Shown: piece after piece, positions 21,982 through 30,163 of the stretch
Position numbering within the stretch: the first letter of the stretch is position 1
Layout of the letters: every line of letters starts with the position of its first letter
Source of the DNA: Thalassomonas sp.
Lineage (GTDB): Bacteria; Bacteroidota; Bacteroidia; Flavobacteriales; BACL11
DNA length: 32,965 nt
Assembly (NCBI GenBank): GCA_047617145.1
Contig: JBLGCF010000003.1
Location: 1 to 32,965 of the forward strand
Reading direction: 5' to 3'
Translations under genes and position numbers: made by a program
The notes under the pieces: generated by a model
Told to the model about the DNA's origin: nothing
The model's database searches: none
What the model saw: the letters and a program-made list of their open reading frames with translations, nothing else

Positions 21982-23706
21982 ATGGCTTACAAATCCTTAC
22001 AACAATGCATTACCGACCTTGAAAAACAAGGAGAACTCCTTAGGATTACTAAAGAAACAGATCCTAATTTGGAAATGGCATCCATTCATTTGGATGGATT
22101 TGCAAAAGGGGGGAAGGCACTTCTTTTTGAAAATATAAAGGGAAGTAAATTCAGGGCAGCTTCTAATCTATTTGGAACGCTTGAAAGAAGTAAGTTTATG
22201 TTCCGTGATAGTTTGAAACAGGTAAAACAACTTATTGACTTAAAGACAAATCCTGCTTCTGCTTTTAAAAATCCGTTGGAGGCTATTTTTACTGCATTGC
22301 ATGCTATTTATGCTATTCCAGTAAAAGTTAGGTTTCCAAGAAAATTTAAGGAGATTAAAATAGAAGATATTCCGCAAGTAAAATGTTGGAAAGAGGATGG
22401 AGGTGCTTTTATTACTTTACCTCAAGTGTATTCGGAAGATATAGAAAATCCTGGAATAATGAATTCCAATTTGGGTATGTATAGAGTGCAGCTTTCTGGG
22501 AATGATTATGTGCCCAATAAAGAAGTAGGAATGCATTATCAAATTCATAGAGGGATTGGAGTGCATCAGCATAAAGCAAATAAAAAAGGAGAACCTTTAA
22601 AGGTATCTATTTTTATAGGAGGACCACCAGCTCATACTTTTGCAGCTGTTATGCCTTTGCCTGAGGGAATGTCCGAAATGGCCTTTGCAGGAATTTTAGG
22701 AGAAAGAAACTTTAGGTATGCAAAGAAAGATGGTTATACAATTTCAGCAGATGCTGATTTTGTAATTTGTGGAGAATTACATCAAAATGAGGTGAAACCT
22801 GAAGGACCTTTTGGAGATCATTTGGGCTATTATAGTTTGAAACATGATTTCCCAGTTTTGAAAGTAGCCAAAGTATATGCTAAAGAAAATGCTATTTGGC
22901 CTTTTACAGTTGTGGGTCGTCCACCACAAGAGGATTCTCAGTTTGGCGCTTTGATACATGAAATTAGCGGGAAAGCAATAGAGCAAGAAATTCCAGGATT
23001 GAAAGCTGTTAATGCAGTAGATGAGGCGGGAGTTCACCCTTTACTGTTGGCAGTAGGAAGTGAGCGATATACGCCTTACAATCCTACTAAACAACCCCAA
23101 GAATTATTGACCATTGCCAATCATATTTTAGGAACTGGGCAAATGAGTTTAGCAAAATATATATTCATTTGTGATGAAGAAAATGCTCCTGATGTAAATG
23201 ATGAGAAGGCTTATTTTACTCATTTTTTGGAAAGAGTGAATTGGAAAAGAGATTTGCATTTTCAAACCAAAACGACAATTGATACTTTGGACTATAGTGG
23301 GGACGGCTTGAATGAAGGTTCAAAAGTTGTGGTTCCTGCAGCTGGAAAAATTAAAAGAAAACTAGCTGAAATTTCGCCAAATATTGATTTTCCAAATGGA
23401 TTCTCTAATCCTAAATTAGTGAGTAATGGAAACTTAGTGATGGAAGGAAAAGGAGAAATGAGAGAGTTGATTGCTAGTTTGGAAAAACAGAGTTTAGAAG
23501 GAATAGCACTCATTACTTTAGTGGATGATGCCACTTATACAGCTAAAAATTTTTCTAATTGGTTGTGGGTTACTTTTACCCGTTCCAACCCTGCAAACGA
23601 TATTTTTGGTTTAAATGCAGAGTACACTAACAAACATTTCTCTTGCTCCATTCCTATTATTGACGCTAGGATAAAAGCACATCATGCTCCTATTTTGGAA
23701 CGTTAG
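21982..23706 (+). CDS. UbiD-family (prenylated-FMN-dependent) decarboxylase, substrate unknown
   Basis: ALLFENIKG, SNLFGT, DGGAFIT, NLGMYR, EGPFGDHLGYYS and DTLDYS motifs. Confidence 0.92.
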   Translation: MAYKSLQQCITDLEKQGELLRITKETDPNLEMASIHLDGFAKGGKALLFENIKGSKFRAASNLFGTLERSKFMFRDSLKQVKQLIDLKTNPASAFKNPLEAIFTALHAIYAIPVKVRFPRKFKEIKIEDIPQVKCWKEDGGAFITLPQVYSEDIENPGIMNSNLGMYRVQLSGNDYVPNKEVGMHYQIHRGIGVHQHKANKKGEPLKVSIFIGGPPAHTFAAVMPLPEGMSEMAFAGILGERNFRYAKKDGYTISADADFVICGELHQNEVKPEGPFGDHLGYYSLKHDFPVLKVAKVYAKENAIWPFTVVGRPPQEDSQFGALIHEISGKAIEQEIPGLKAVNAVDEAGVHPLLLAVGSERYTPYNPTKQPQELLTIANHILGTGQMSLAKYIFICDEENAPDVNDEKAYFTHFLERVNWKRDLHFQTKTTIDTLDYSGDGLNEGSKVVVPAAGKIKRKLAEISPNIDFPNGFSNPKLVSNGNLVMEGKGEMRELIASLEKQSLEGIALITLVDDATYTAKNFSNWLWVTFTRSNPANDIFGLNAEYTNKHFSCSIPIIDARIKAHHAPILER

Positions 23707-24928
23707 GTTTATGCTCAGGATTTTTAAACTTTCGTTTGTTATTTCCCCACTGTTTTTTATTCTTATTTTTAGCAATTCTATATTCTGGTGCAGCTTCAAA
23801 TCCTTTAGGTAATGCCAATTTAGGAACTTCTTTTTCAATTAATTTCTCAATATCCAAAAAGTTACGGACTTGTTTCTGGTTGATAAAAGTAATGGCTTCA
23901 CCTGTTCTATCAGCTCTTGCAGTACGCCCAATTCTGTGTACATAATCTTCTGCATCATGAGGAACTTCATAGTTTATTACCAATTCAATTCCTTTAATAT
24001 CAATCCCTCTGGATAGGATATCAGTTGCCACTAAAATTCTAATTTTCTTATTTTTAAAGTCACGAATTGTATCTTCTCTTTGCTGTTGATCTAATCCTGA
24101 GTGCATATCGCTTGCACGCATACCTGACCTGTTAAGAGTTTGTGTTATTTCTTTTACACTCTTTATGCTTGATGCAAAAATAAGTACATGACTTAAGTCC
24201 TTTCCTTTTGCTCTAAGTATTTCTCTTACCAATTTAACTTTCTGGGTGTCGTGCACCATGTAAGCCGACTGTGTAATTCCTGCAGCAGGTTTTGATATTG
24301 CTAAAGCAATGCTTGCTGGATTGTCGAGTAATTTTGTAGCTAGTGTTCTTATTTTTGGAGGCATGGTAGCCGAGAATAATAAGTTCTGTCTTTTTTCAGG
24401 CAGCCTTTTGGATATGGTCATTATGTCATCATAAAAACCCATATCTAACATTCTGTCGGCTTCATCAAGTATAAAATGCTCTACTCCAGAAGTGTCAAAA
24501 TAATTAAACTTTAAGTGAGCTAACAGCCTTCCTGGAGTACAAATAATAATATCTGCTCCTTTCACCAAAGCTTGTTTCTGATTATCAAATTCCACCCCAG
24601 TTCCACCTCCATATATTGGGTAGGAGGATGAGTTAGTGAAATAAGAAAATCCTTCAATTTGCATATCAATTTGCTTTGCCAACTCTCTAGTAGGTGCGAC
24701 AATAATTGCCTTTACTTTATTGGTTTGTTTTACTTTTGTGAGTTTATCAAGGATAGGCAAAACAAATGCTGCTGTTTTTCCTGTTCCTGTTTGTGCGCAG
24801 GCAATTAAATCTCTTCCCTCTTGTATTATTGGTATTGCTTGTTCTTGTATTGGAGTTGCTTTTTCAAAGCCCATCATATCCAGCCCTTCTTGAAGTTCGT
24901 TCCCGAACTTAAATGTTGTAAAATTCAT
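23690..24928 (-). CDS. DEAD-box ATP-dependent RNA helicase (RhlE-like)
   Basis: Q motif GFEKATPIQ, AQTGTGKT, PTRELA, TPGRL, DEAD, SAT and HRIGRTAR motifs, basic C-terminal tail. Confidence 0.97.
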   Translation of the reverse strand: MNFTTFKFGNELQEGLDMMGFEKATPIQEQAIPIIQEGRDLIACAQTGTGKTAAFVLPILDKLTKVKQTNKVKAIIVAPTRELAKQIDMQIEGFSYFTNSSSYPIYGGGTGVEFDNQKQALVKGADIIICTPGRLLAHLKFNYFDTSGVEHFILDEADRMLDMGFYDDIMTISKRLPEKRQNLLFSATMPPKIRTLATKLLDNPASIALAISKPAAGITQSAYMVHDTQKVKLVREILRAKGKDLSHVLIFASSIKSVKEITQTLNRSGMRASDMHSGLDQQQREDTIRDFKNKKIRILVATDILSRGIDIKGIELVINYEVPHDAEDYVHRIGRTARADRTGEAITFINQKQVRNFLDIEKLIEKEVPKLALPKGFEAAPEYRIAKNKNKKQWGNNKRKFKNPEHKPNVPK

Positions 24929-24932
24929 TCGG

Positions 24933-24940
24933 TAAATATA
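24933..24940 (-). promoter_or_regulatory. Possible degenerate -7 element before the helicase gene
   Basis: The minus strand reads TATATTTA-CCGA-ATG, one mismatch to TAnnTTTG with the same 4-nt spacing as the other cases. Confidence 0.4.
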
Positions 24941-24969
24941 CTAAAAGGAAAATTGCTATCTGATAATAA

Positions 24970-25368
24970 TTAAATCAGTATTTCTTTGATGTATTCTACT
25001 ATTATTCCAAGGAAAATCCAAACTGGAAAATGAACAAAACTGATGATACCTTTCCAATGTTTTCGGTTGCTTAAATAACTGTAATCCCAAAGTCGTATTT
25101 CAAATTTCAATAAAGGATACCCTACTAAAATTTCAACTATCCAAATCCAAATAGGGTATGATAAATACCTTACTATGTTATTTTGAATAAGACTTTCTGC
25201 CAAATCAAAACCATAGGATAAACCAAACGCATAAATTGGAAACATCCAAAGGGAAGTATGCCCCATTAAGGTGATTTTATTTTTTGTAATTAAATCAAAA
25301 ATAGCAGTAAATGCTATTTCTGCACAAATACCAAACATTCCCCAAAATAAGACTTCTGAAATATTCAT
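24970..25368 (-). CDS. Small multi-pass membrane protein, TMEM229 / ABC_trans_CmpB-like family
   Basis: About four hydrophobic segments and GHTSLWMFPIY, E...G and WDYS...G(I)I...PVW motifs that I recognise from this family. TAATG overlap with the ALDH gene. Confidence 0.7.
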   Translation of the reverse strand: MNISEVLFWGMFGICAEIAFTAIFDLITKNKITLMGHTSLWMFPIYAFGLSYGFDLAESLIQNNIVRYLSYPIWIWIVEILVGYPLLKFEIRLWDYSYLSNRKHWKGIISFVHFPVWIFLGIIVEYIKEILI

Positions 25369-26738
25369 TACTCTAAAAGGAATTTAAGAATTTTCTTCTT
25401 TAATTTTGTAAAGGGTAAGTATTTAACGCTTGGTTCAAATAAAAATGATTTATGTAAAATACTTTTATAATGCGTAAAAGTATCAAAACCTGCTTTGGAA
25501 TGATAGCTTCCTATTCCGCTTGCACCTACACCACCAAAAGGGAGGTTAGGATTAGAAAGATGAACTAAGGATTCGTTAATTGCACCTCCTCCAAATGAGA
25601 TTTCATTCAATATTTTTTTAATTATTTTTTTATCTTTTGAATAGATATATAGTGAAAGTGGTTTTTCTCTCTCTTTTATTTTTGCGATTACATCCTCTAA
25701 GTTTTCAAAGGAAATAACTGGGAGTATGGGTCCAAAAATTTCATCTTGCATTATGTTGTCCTCAAAACTATTGTTTTGCAAAAGGGTAGGAGCAATACTT
25801 CTGTTTTCTATGGTTGTTTCTCCTCCATGATAAATTTTATCAGTAGGAATTAGTTGTTTCAATCGGTTAAAATTTCTCTCATTTACAATCTGAACATAAT
25901 TTTCATTTATGTTTTCGCTAAGAGGATAAAATTCCTGAATTTCCTTTTTAAGGGCTTCTAATAATTCAGTTTCTATCTTTTTTTCTACTAACAGATAATC
26001 AGGGGCAATACAAGTTTGTCCTGCATTTAAGAATTTTGCCCAAACAATTCGTTTTGCAGTCATCTTAATATTGCAATCGGCTAAAACAAAAGTTGGACTT
26101 TTCCCTCCCAACTCTAAAGTAACAGCAGTTAAGTTTTCAGCTGCTGCTTTGTAAACTATTTTACCCACAGGAGTACTTCCTGTAAAGAAGATTTTATCCC
26201 ATTTTTGTTTGAGTAATTCAGTACTGGTTTCCACTCCTCCTTCTATTATGCAAAGGTGTTTTTTATCAAAATTAGAATTGATAAGTTCTGCTAATATCTT
26301 ACTTGTATTGTTTGGAATTTCAGAAGGTTTTATCACCACAGTATTTCCTGCAGCAATTGCTGAAATAGCAGGAATTAAAGAAAGTTGGTAAGGGTAATTC
26401 CAGGCAGAGATAACCAAAATAGACCCTAATGGTTCAGGGATGATATAACTTTTGGCTGGGAAGTTAGCAAGGTTGGTTCTTACTCTTTTTCGTTTACTCC
26501 ACTTTTTTAGGTTACGAATTGCATCATTCAACTCGTTATAAATAAGGGATAGTTCTGTAAGGTAAGTTTCAAACTCTGATTTTTTAAAATCAGTGTAAAT
26601 TGCGGTATAGAGTTTCTCCTCATTTTCTTTTAAAATGAGTTTTAACTTTTTTAAAGTTTCAATTCTGAATGTAACCTCTTTTGTAGCGTTAGCATTAAAG
26701 AAATTCTTTTGCTGATTTACGATTTTCGGTATATCCAT
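25368..26738 (-). CDS. Aldehyde dehydrogenase, class 3 (fatty/aromatic aldehyde type)
   Basis: AWNYP, KPSE, FTGS, TLELGGKSP (catalytic Glu), NAGQTCIAPDY (catalytic Cys), EIFGPILP and PFGGVGASG motifs. Confidence 0.96.
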   Translation of the reverse strand: MDIPKIVNQQKNFFNANATKEVTFRIETLKKLKLILKENEEKLYTAIYTDFKKSEFETYLTELSLIYNELNDAIRNLKKWSKRKRVRTNLANFPAKSYIIPEPLGSILVISAWNYPYQLSLIPAISAIAAGNTVVIKPSEIPNNTSKILAELINSNFDKKHLCIIEGGVETSTELLKQKWDKIFFTGSTPVGKIVYKAAAENLTAVTLELGGKSPTFVLADCNIKMTAKRIVWAKFLNAGQTCIAPDYLLVEKKIETELLEALKKEIQEFYPLSENINENYVQIVNERNFNRLKQLIPTDKIYHGGETTIENRSIAPTLLQNNSFEDNIMQDEIFGPILPVISFENLEDVIAKIKEREKPLSLYIYSKDKKIIKKILNEISFGGGAINESLVHLSNPNLPFGGVGASGIGSYHSKAGFDTFTHYKSILHKSFLFEPSVKYLPFTKLKKKILKFLLE

Positions 26739-26742
26739 TTTT

Positions 26743-26750
26743 CAAAGATA
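26743..26750 (-). promoter_or_regulatory. -7 promoter element before the ALDH gene (probable leaderless transcript)
   Basis: The minus strand reads TATCTTTG-AAAA-ATG, an exact TAnnTTTG. TTTA lies 20 nt upstream (26771-26774) as a possible -33 box. Confidence 0.65.
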
Positions 26751-26820
26751 AGATAATTATTTACGGTCTTTAAAGTTATTCATGATTTGGTGAATAATTT
26801 GGGTGATATAAAAACAATCT

Positions 26821-28371
26821 TTATTTGTTTTTGATTTTACTCATAGCTCTTTCCGCAATCGCAGTGATTGACAAGGAAGGGTTAACGCCTGGATTTGCAG
26901 AAATCATAGAGCCGTCTATAATTAGTAAGTTATCATATCCAAAAACTAAATTATTTTTATCTATTACTCCTTCATTTATATTTTCTCCCATAACTGCACC
27001 TCCTAAGATATGTGCCGTAGATGGAATCCCAGCAAGTGGCTCTAAAGCAAAGACCGTTGCTTTTCCGTTTATGATTTGAGCATATTTTTTTGTTAATTCT
27101 GCAGCTCTAGGGATATATGCTCTTGGTTTTTTTCCTTCAGCTATTCTTGATGAGAAAACTCCTAGAATATTTTTTTTAAATTGTAGTTTACTGTCTAAAG
27201 TTTGCATAAACAATAGTGTAGCAGTGCTTTTTGCCCAATCTTTGACAAGATACATTTTTAAATAGCTAAGCGGATTTTTGAGAAAACTACCTATAATTTT
27301 TAAAATATTTATTATCGGAAATTTTCCTGAAACATAAGGTAAGTGAGTGGTTTTCCAAAATCCAGAACCGCTTGAGTATCTACATATTTCTAAGTGACTG
27401 TCTTCATCTGTGTGTAATATGGATCCAATGGCAACTCCTTTAGATAAATCTTTTTTACCATCTAGATTTGTTACGCTTATCAAACTTTCGTTGTTTGTTC
27501 GAATATCCATTCCTAATTGATTGGATATGTGTGGAAGAGATAATTTTTTAAGTTTAAGAAGTAGTTTAATTGTTCCCAAAACACCTCCGGAAAAAACTAC
27601 TCCTTTTGCCCTTATTTGCATTTTTTTCTTAAAAAAACTAGTGCTGTTTTTTAAGTAAACTGTGTACCCGTCCTTTTGTTTGTTTTCAATTACATCATAG
27701 ACTTCATTTTCTGCAAGAATATCTGCACCTAATTGTTGCGCTAAATATAGATAATTCTTATCTAAGGTATTTTTTGAATTATTTCTACATCCAGTCATAC
27801 ATCCCCCACAAAAATTACATCCCACTCTTTCTGGCCCTTTGCCATTAAAATAGGGGTCTGCAACTTTAATATCAGGCTCCCCAAAAAAAACAGCAACATT
27901 TGTTTTGTCAAAATCTTTTTCTCTATTTATTTTTTTAGAAAGTTTTTCAAGTGCTAAATCCCCATCAAATAATTTAGGGTTTTTAGTTGCACCTAGCATT
28001 TTTAATGCTGTTTGATAATGTGGCTTTAATTCATTTTCCCAATCTGCTAAATTTTTCCATGATCCTGTTTTGTAAAAAGCTTTTTTAGGGATGGGAAGTG
28101 TATTTGCATAAACTAGAGAACCTCCTCCAACCCCAACACCTGAGATAATAGTAATGTGTCTGAAAAATGACATTTTCATAATTCCATGCCATTTTAATTT
28201 AGGAAACCACAGCCATTTTTTTAAGTTCCAATTGGATTTAGGGAAATCTTTAGCTTTATACCATTTTCCTTTTTCAATAATCAGTACTTTATAACCTTTT
28301 TCAGCTAATCTTAAAGCACTAACTGACCCTCCAAAGCCACTTCCAATAATTATGTAATCGTATTCTTTCAA
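26821..28371 (-). CDS. GMC-family FAD oxidoreductase (cholesterol oxidase ChoD-like), TTG start
   Basis: YDYIIIGSGFGGSVSALRL FAD-binding motif, GVGGGSLVYAN, CNFCGGCMTGC, TAHILGG and GVNPSLSITAIAER. No signal peptide precedes the FAD motif. Confidence 0.9.
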   Translation of the reverse strand: MKEYDYIIIGSGFGGSVSALRLAEKGYKVLIIEKGKWYKAKDFPKSNWNLKKWLWFPKLKWHGIMKMSFFRHITIISGVGVGGGSLVYANTLPIPKKAFYKTGSWKNLADWENELKPHYQTALKMLGATKNPKLFDGDLALEKLSKKINREKDFDKTNVAVFFGEPDIKVADPYFNGKGPERVGCNFCGGCMTGCRNNSKNTLDKNYLYLAQQLGADILAENEVYDVIENKQKDGYTVYLKNSTSFFKKKMQIRAKGVVFSGGVLGTIKLLLKLKKLSLPHISNQLGMDIRTNNESLISVTNLDGKKDLSKGVAIGSILHTDEDSHLEICRYSSGSGFWKTTHLPYVSGKFPIINILKIIGSFLKNPLSYLKMYLVKDWAKSTATLLFMQTLDSKLQFKKNILGVFSSRIAEGKKPRAYIPRAAELTKKYAQIINGKATVFALEPLAGIPSTAHILGGAVMGENINEGVIDKNNLVFGYDNLLIIDGSMISANPGVNPSLSITAIAERAMSKIKNK

Positions 28372-28383
28372 ATTAGTTACTGA

Positions 28384-30159
28384 TTAAAAGCAATATTTGT
28401 TTTCTTCAATTATTTTTGCTGCAATGCTTCTTCTCATTTCTTTAGGGTTAATGGTGTATCCTTTTGTGAATCGTTTTAAACCCATTAACAACATTCTTTG
28501 TTCGTCTCCTTCTGCAAAAGATAATATTACTTCTTCACCTGATTGATTGCAGTTTTTAATCGCTTGATATAAGTATAATTTACTCATAGCAATTTGGTGC
28601 TCTGTCGCCTCTTCTCCATTTTTAGTAGCTAGTTTTTCAGCTCTTAAAATTGTAGATTCTGCAGTATAAACTTCAATTACCATATCTGCCAAGTTCATCA
28701 ATACTTCTTGTTCTCTTTCAATAGTCATTGCGAAATGTTGTGCTGCTTTTCCTGCACACATCAATATTGCTTTCTTCAGTTTTTTAACCTGTTCTTTTTC
28801 TACTGCAAAAAGTACGCTATCATCTGGCTTGTCAAAGGATGGAATACTCATTAAATCAGAAGCAACTTTCATTGCTGGAGTCATAATATCTAACTGTCCT
28901 TTCATTGCTTTCTTCAATATCATTCCTACCAAAAGCATTCTGTTGATTTCGTTTGTTCCTTCATAGATTCTTGCAATTCTTGCATCACGGTAGGCTGCTT
29001 CCATTGGTGCGTCTGCCGAATATCCCATTCCTCCATAAATTTGGATTCCTTCATCTGAACAGAATTGTATAGTGTCCGAACCTAATACTTTTACGATAGA
29101 ACATTCAATCGCATATTCCTCAATTCCTTTTAGGTGTGCCTGCTGATGATCTACTCCTTCTGCTTCTAATCTTAAAATGTTCTTTTCAATTTCTGCTCCA
29201 GCACGATAAGTTGCCGATTCCACTGCAAAAGTTCTTACTGCCATATCCGCCAATTTATGCTTTATCGCACCAAATTTTGAGATAGGAATTCCGAATTGTA
29301 TACGCTCGTTTGAATAGTTAGTGGAAAGAGAAATTACTCTTCTACAAGCGTCCAATACTGCTGCCGAAAGTTTAATTCTTCCCACATTAAGTGCGTTCAT
29401 TGCAATCTTAAACCCGTTTCCTCTACCTCCTAATAAACTTTCAGCTGGTACTTTTACATCATTGAAAAATACTTGACGAGTAGAAGAAGAGTTTAATCCT
29501 AATTTACTTTCTTCCTCTCCTAAAGTGATTCCTTCCATACCTTTTTCTAAGATGAAACCAGTAATGTTTTTGTCATCTTCAATTCTTGCAAATACTATAA
29601 ATACATCCGCAAAACCTGCATTCGAAATCCACATTTTTTGCCCTGTAATAAGGTAGTGTTTTCCATCCTCAGTAAGTACTGCTTTTGTTTTTCCTGAATT
29701 GGCATCCGAACCTGCTCCAGGCTCAGTTAAACAGTAACATCCCATCCATTCCCCAGAAGCTAATTTTGGTAAGTATTTTGATCTTTGTGCATCATCACCA
29801 TATAATAAAATTGGTAAAGTTCCAATTCCTGTATGTGCCCCAAATGCAGTAGAAAATGAACCGTTAGCTCCTGAGATTTTATCACAGATTAATACTGAAG
29901 TGTTGAATGGCATTCCCATTCCACCATATTCTGCTGGTACGCTAATTCCTAATAACCCTAGTTCTCCTGATTTTTTCATGCAGTCTTCTGTTAGTTTGTA
30001 GTCTTTCTTTTCAAACCTTTCCCTGTGTGGGTCTAACTCCTTTTCTACAAATTCTTTGGTTGCTGATGCCATCATCAATTGATCCTCTCCAAACTCTTCT
30101 GGAATAAAAATGTCTTTTGCTTCTTGGTCTTTTATTAAAAATTCTCCTCCTTTTATCAT
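28384..30159 (-). CDS. Acyl-CoA dehydrogenase, long (~590 aa) FadE/VLCAD-like form
   Basis: CLTEPGAGSDA, GQKMWISN, LNVGRI, ERIQFG and RIYEGTNEINR motifs. Confidence 0.96.
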   Translation of the reverse strand: MIKGGEFLIKDQEAKDIFIPEEFGEDQLMMASATKEFVEKELDPHRERFEKKDYKLTEDCMKKSGELGLLGISVPAEYGGMGMPFNTSVLICDKISGANGSFSTAFGAHTGIGTLPILLYGDDAQRSKYLPKLASGEWMGCYCLTEPGAGSDANSGKTKAVLTEDGKHYLITGQKMWISNAGFADVFIVFARIEDDKNITGFILEKGMEGITLGEEESKLGLNSSSTRQVFFNDVKVPAESLLGGRGNGFKIAMNALNVGRIKLSAAVLDACRRVISLSTNYSNERIQFGIPISKFGAIKHKLADMAVRTFAVESATYRAGAEIEKNILRLEAEGVDHQQAHLKGIEEYAIECSIVKVLGSDTIQFCSDEGIQIYGGMGYSADAPMEAAYRDARIARIYEGTNEINRMLLVGMILKKAMKGQLDIMTPAMKVASDLMSIPSFDKPDDSVLFAVEKEQVKKLKKAILMCAGKAAQHFAMTIEREQEVLMNLADMVIEVYTAESTILRAEKLATKNGEEATEHQIAMSKLYLYQAIKNCNQSGEEVILSFAEGDEQRMLLMGLKRFTKGYTINPKEMRRSIAAKIIEENKYCF

Positions 30160-30163
30160 AATA

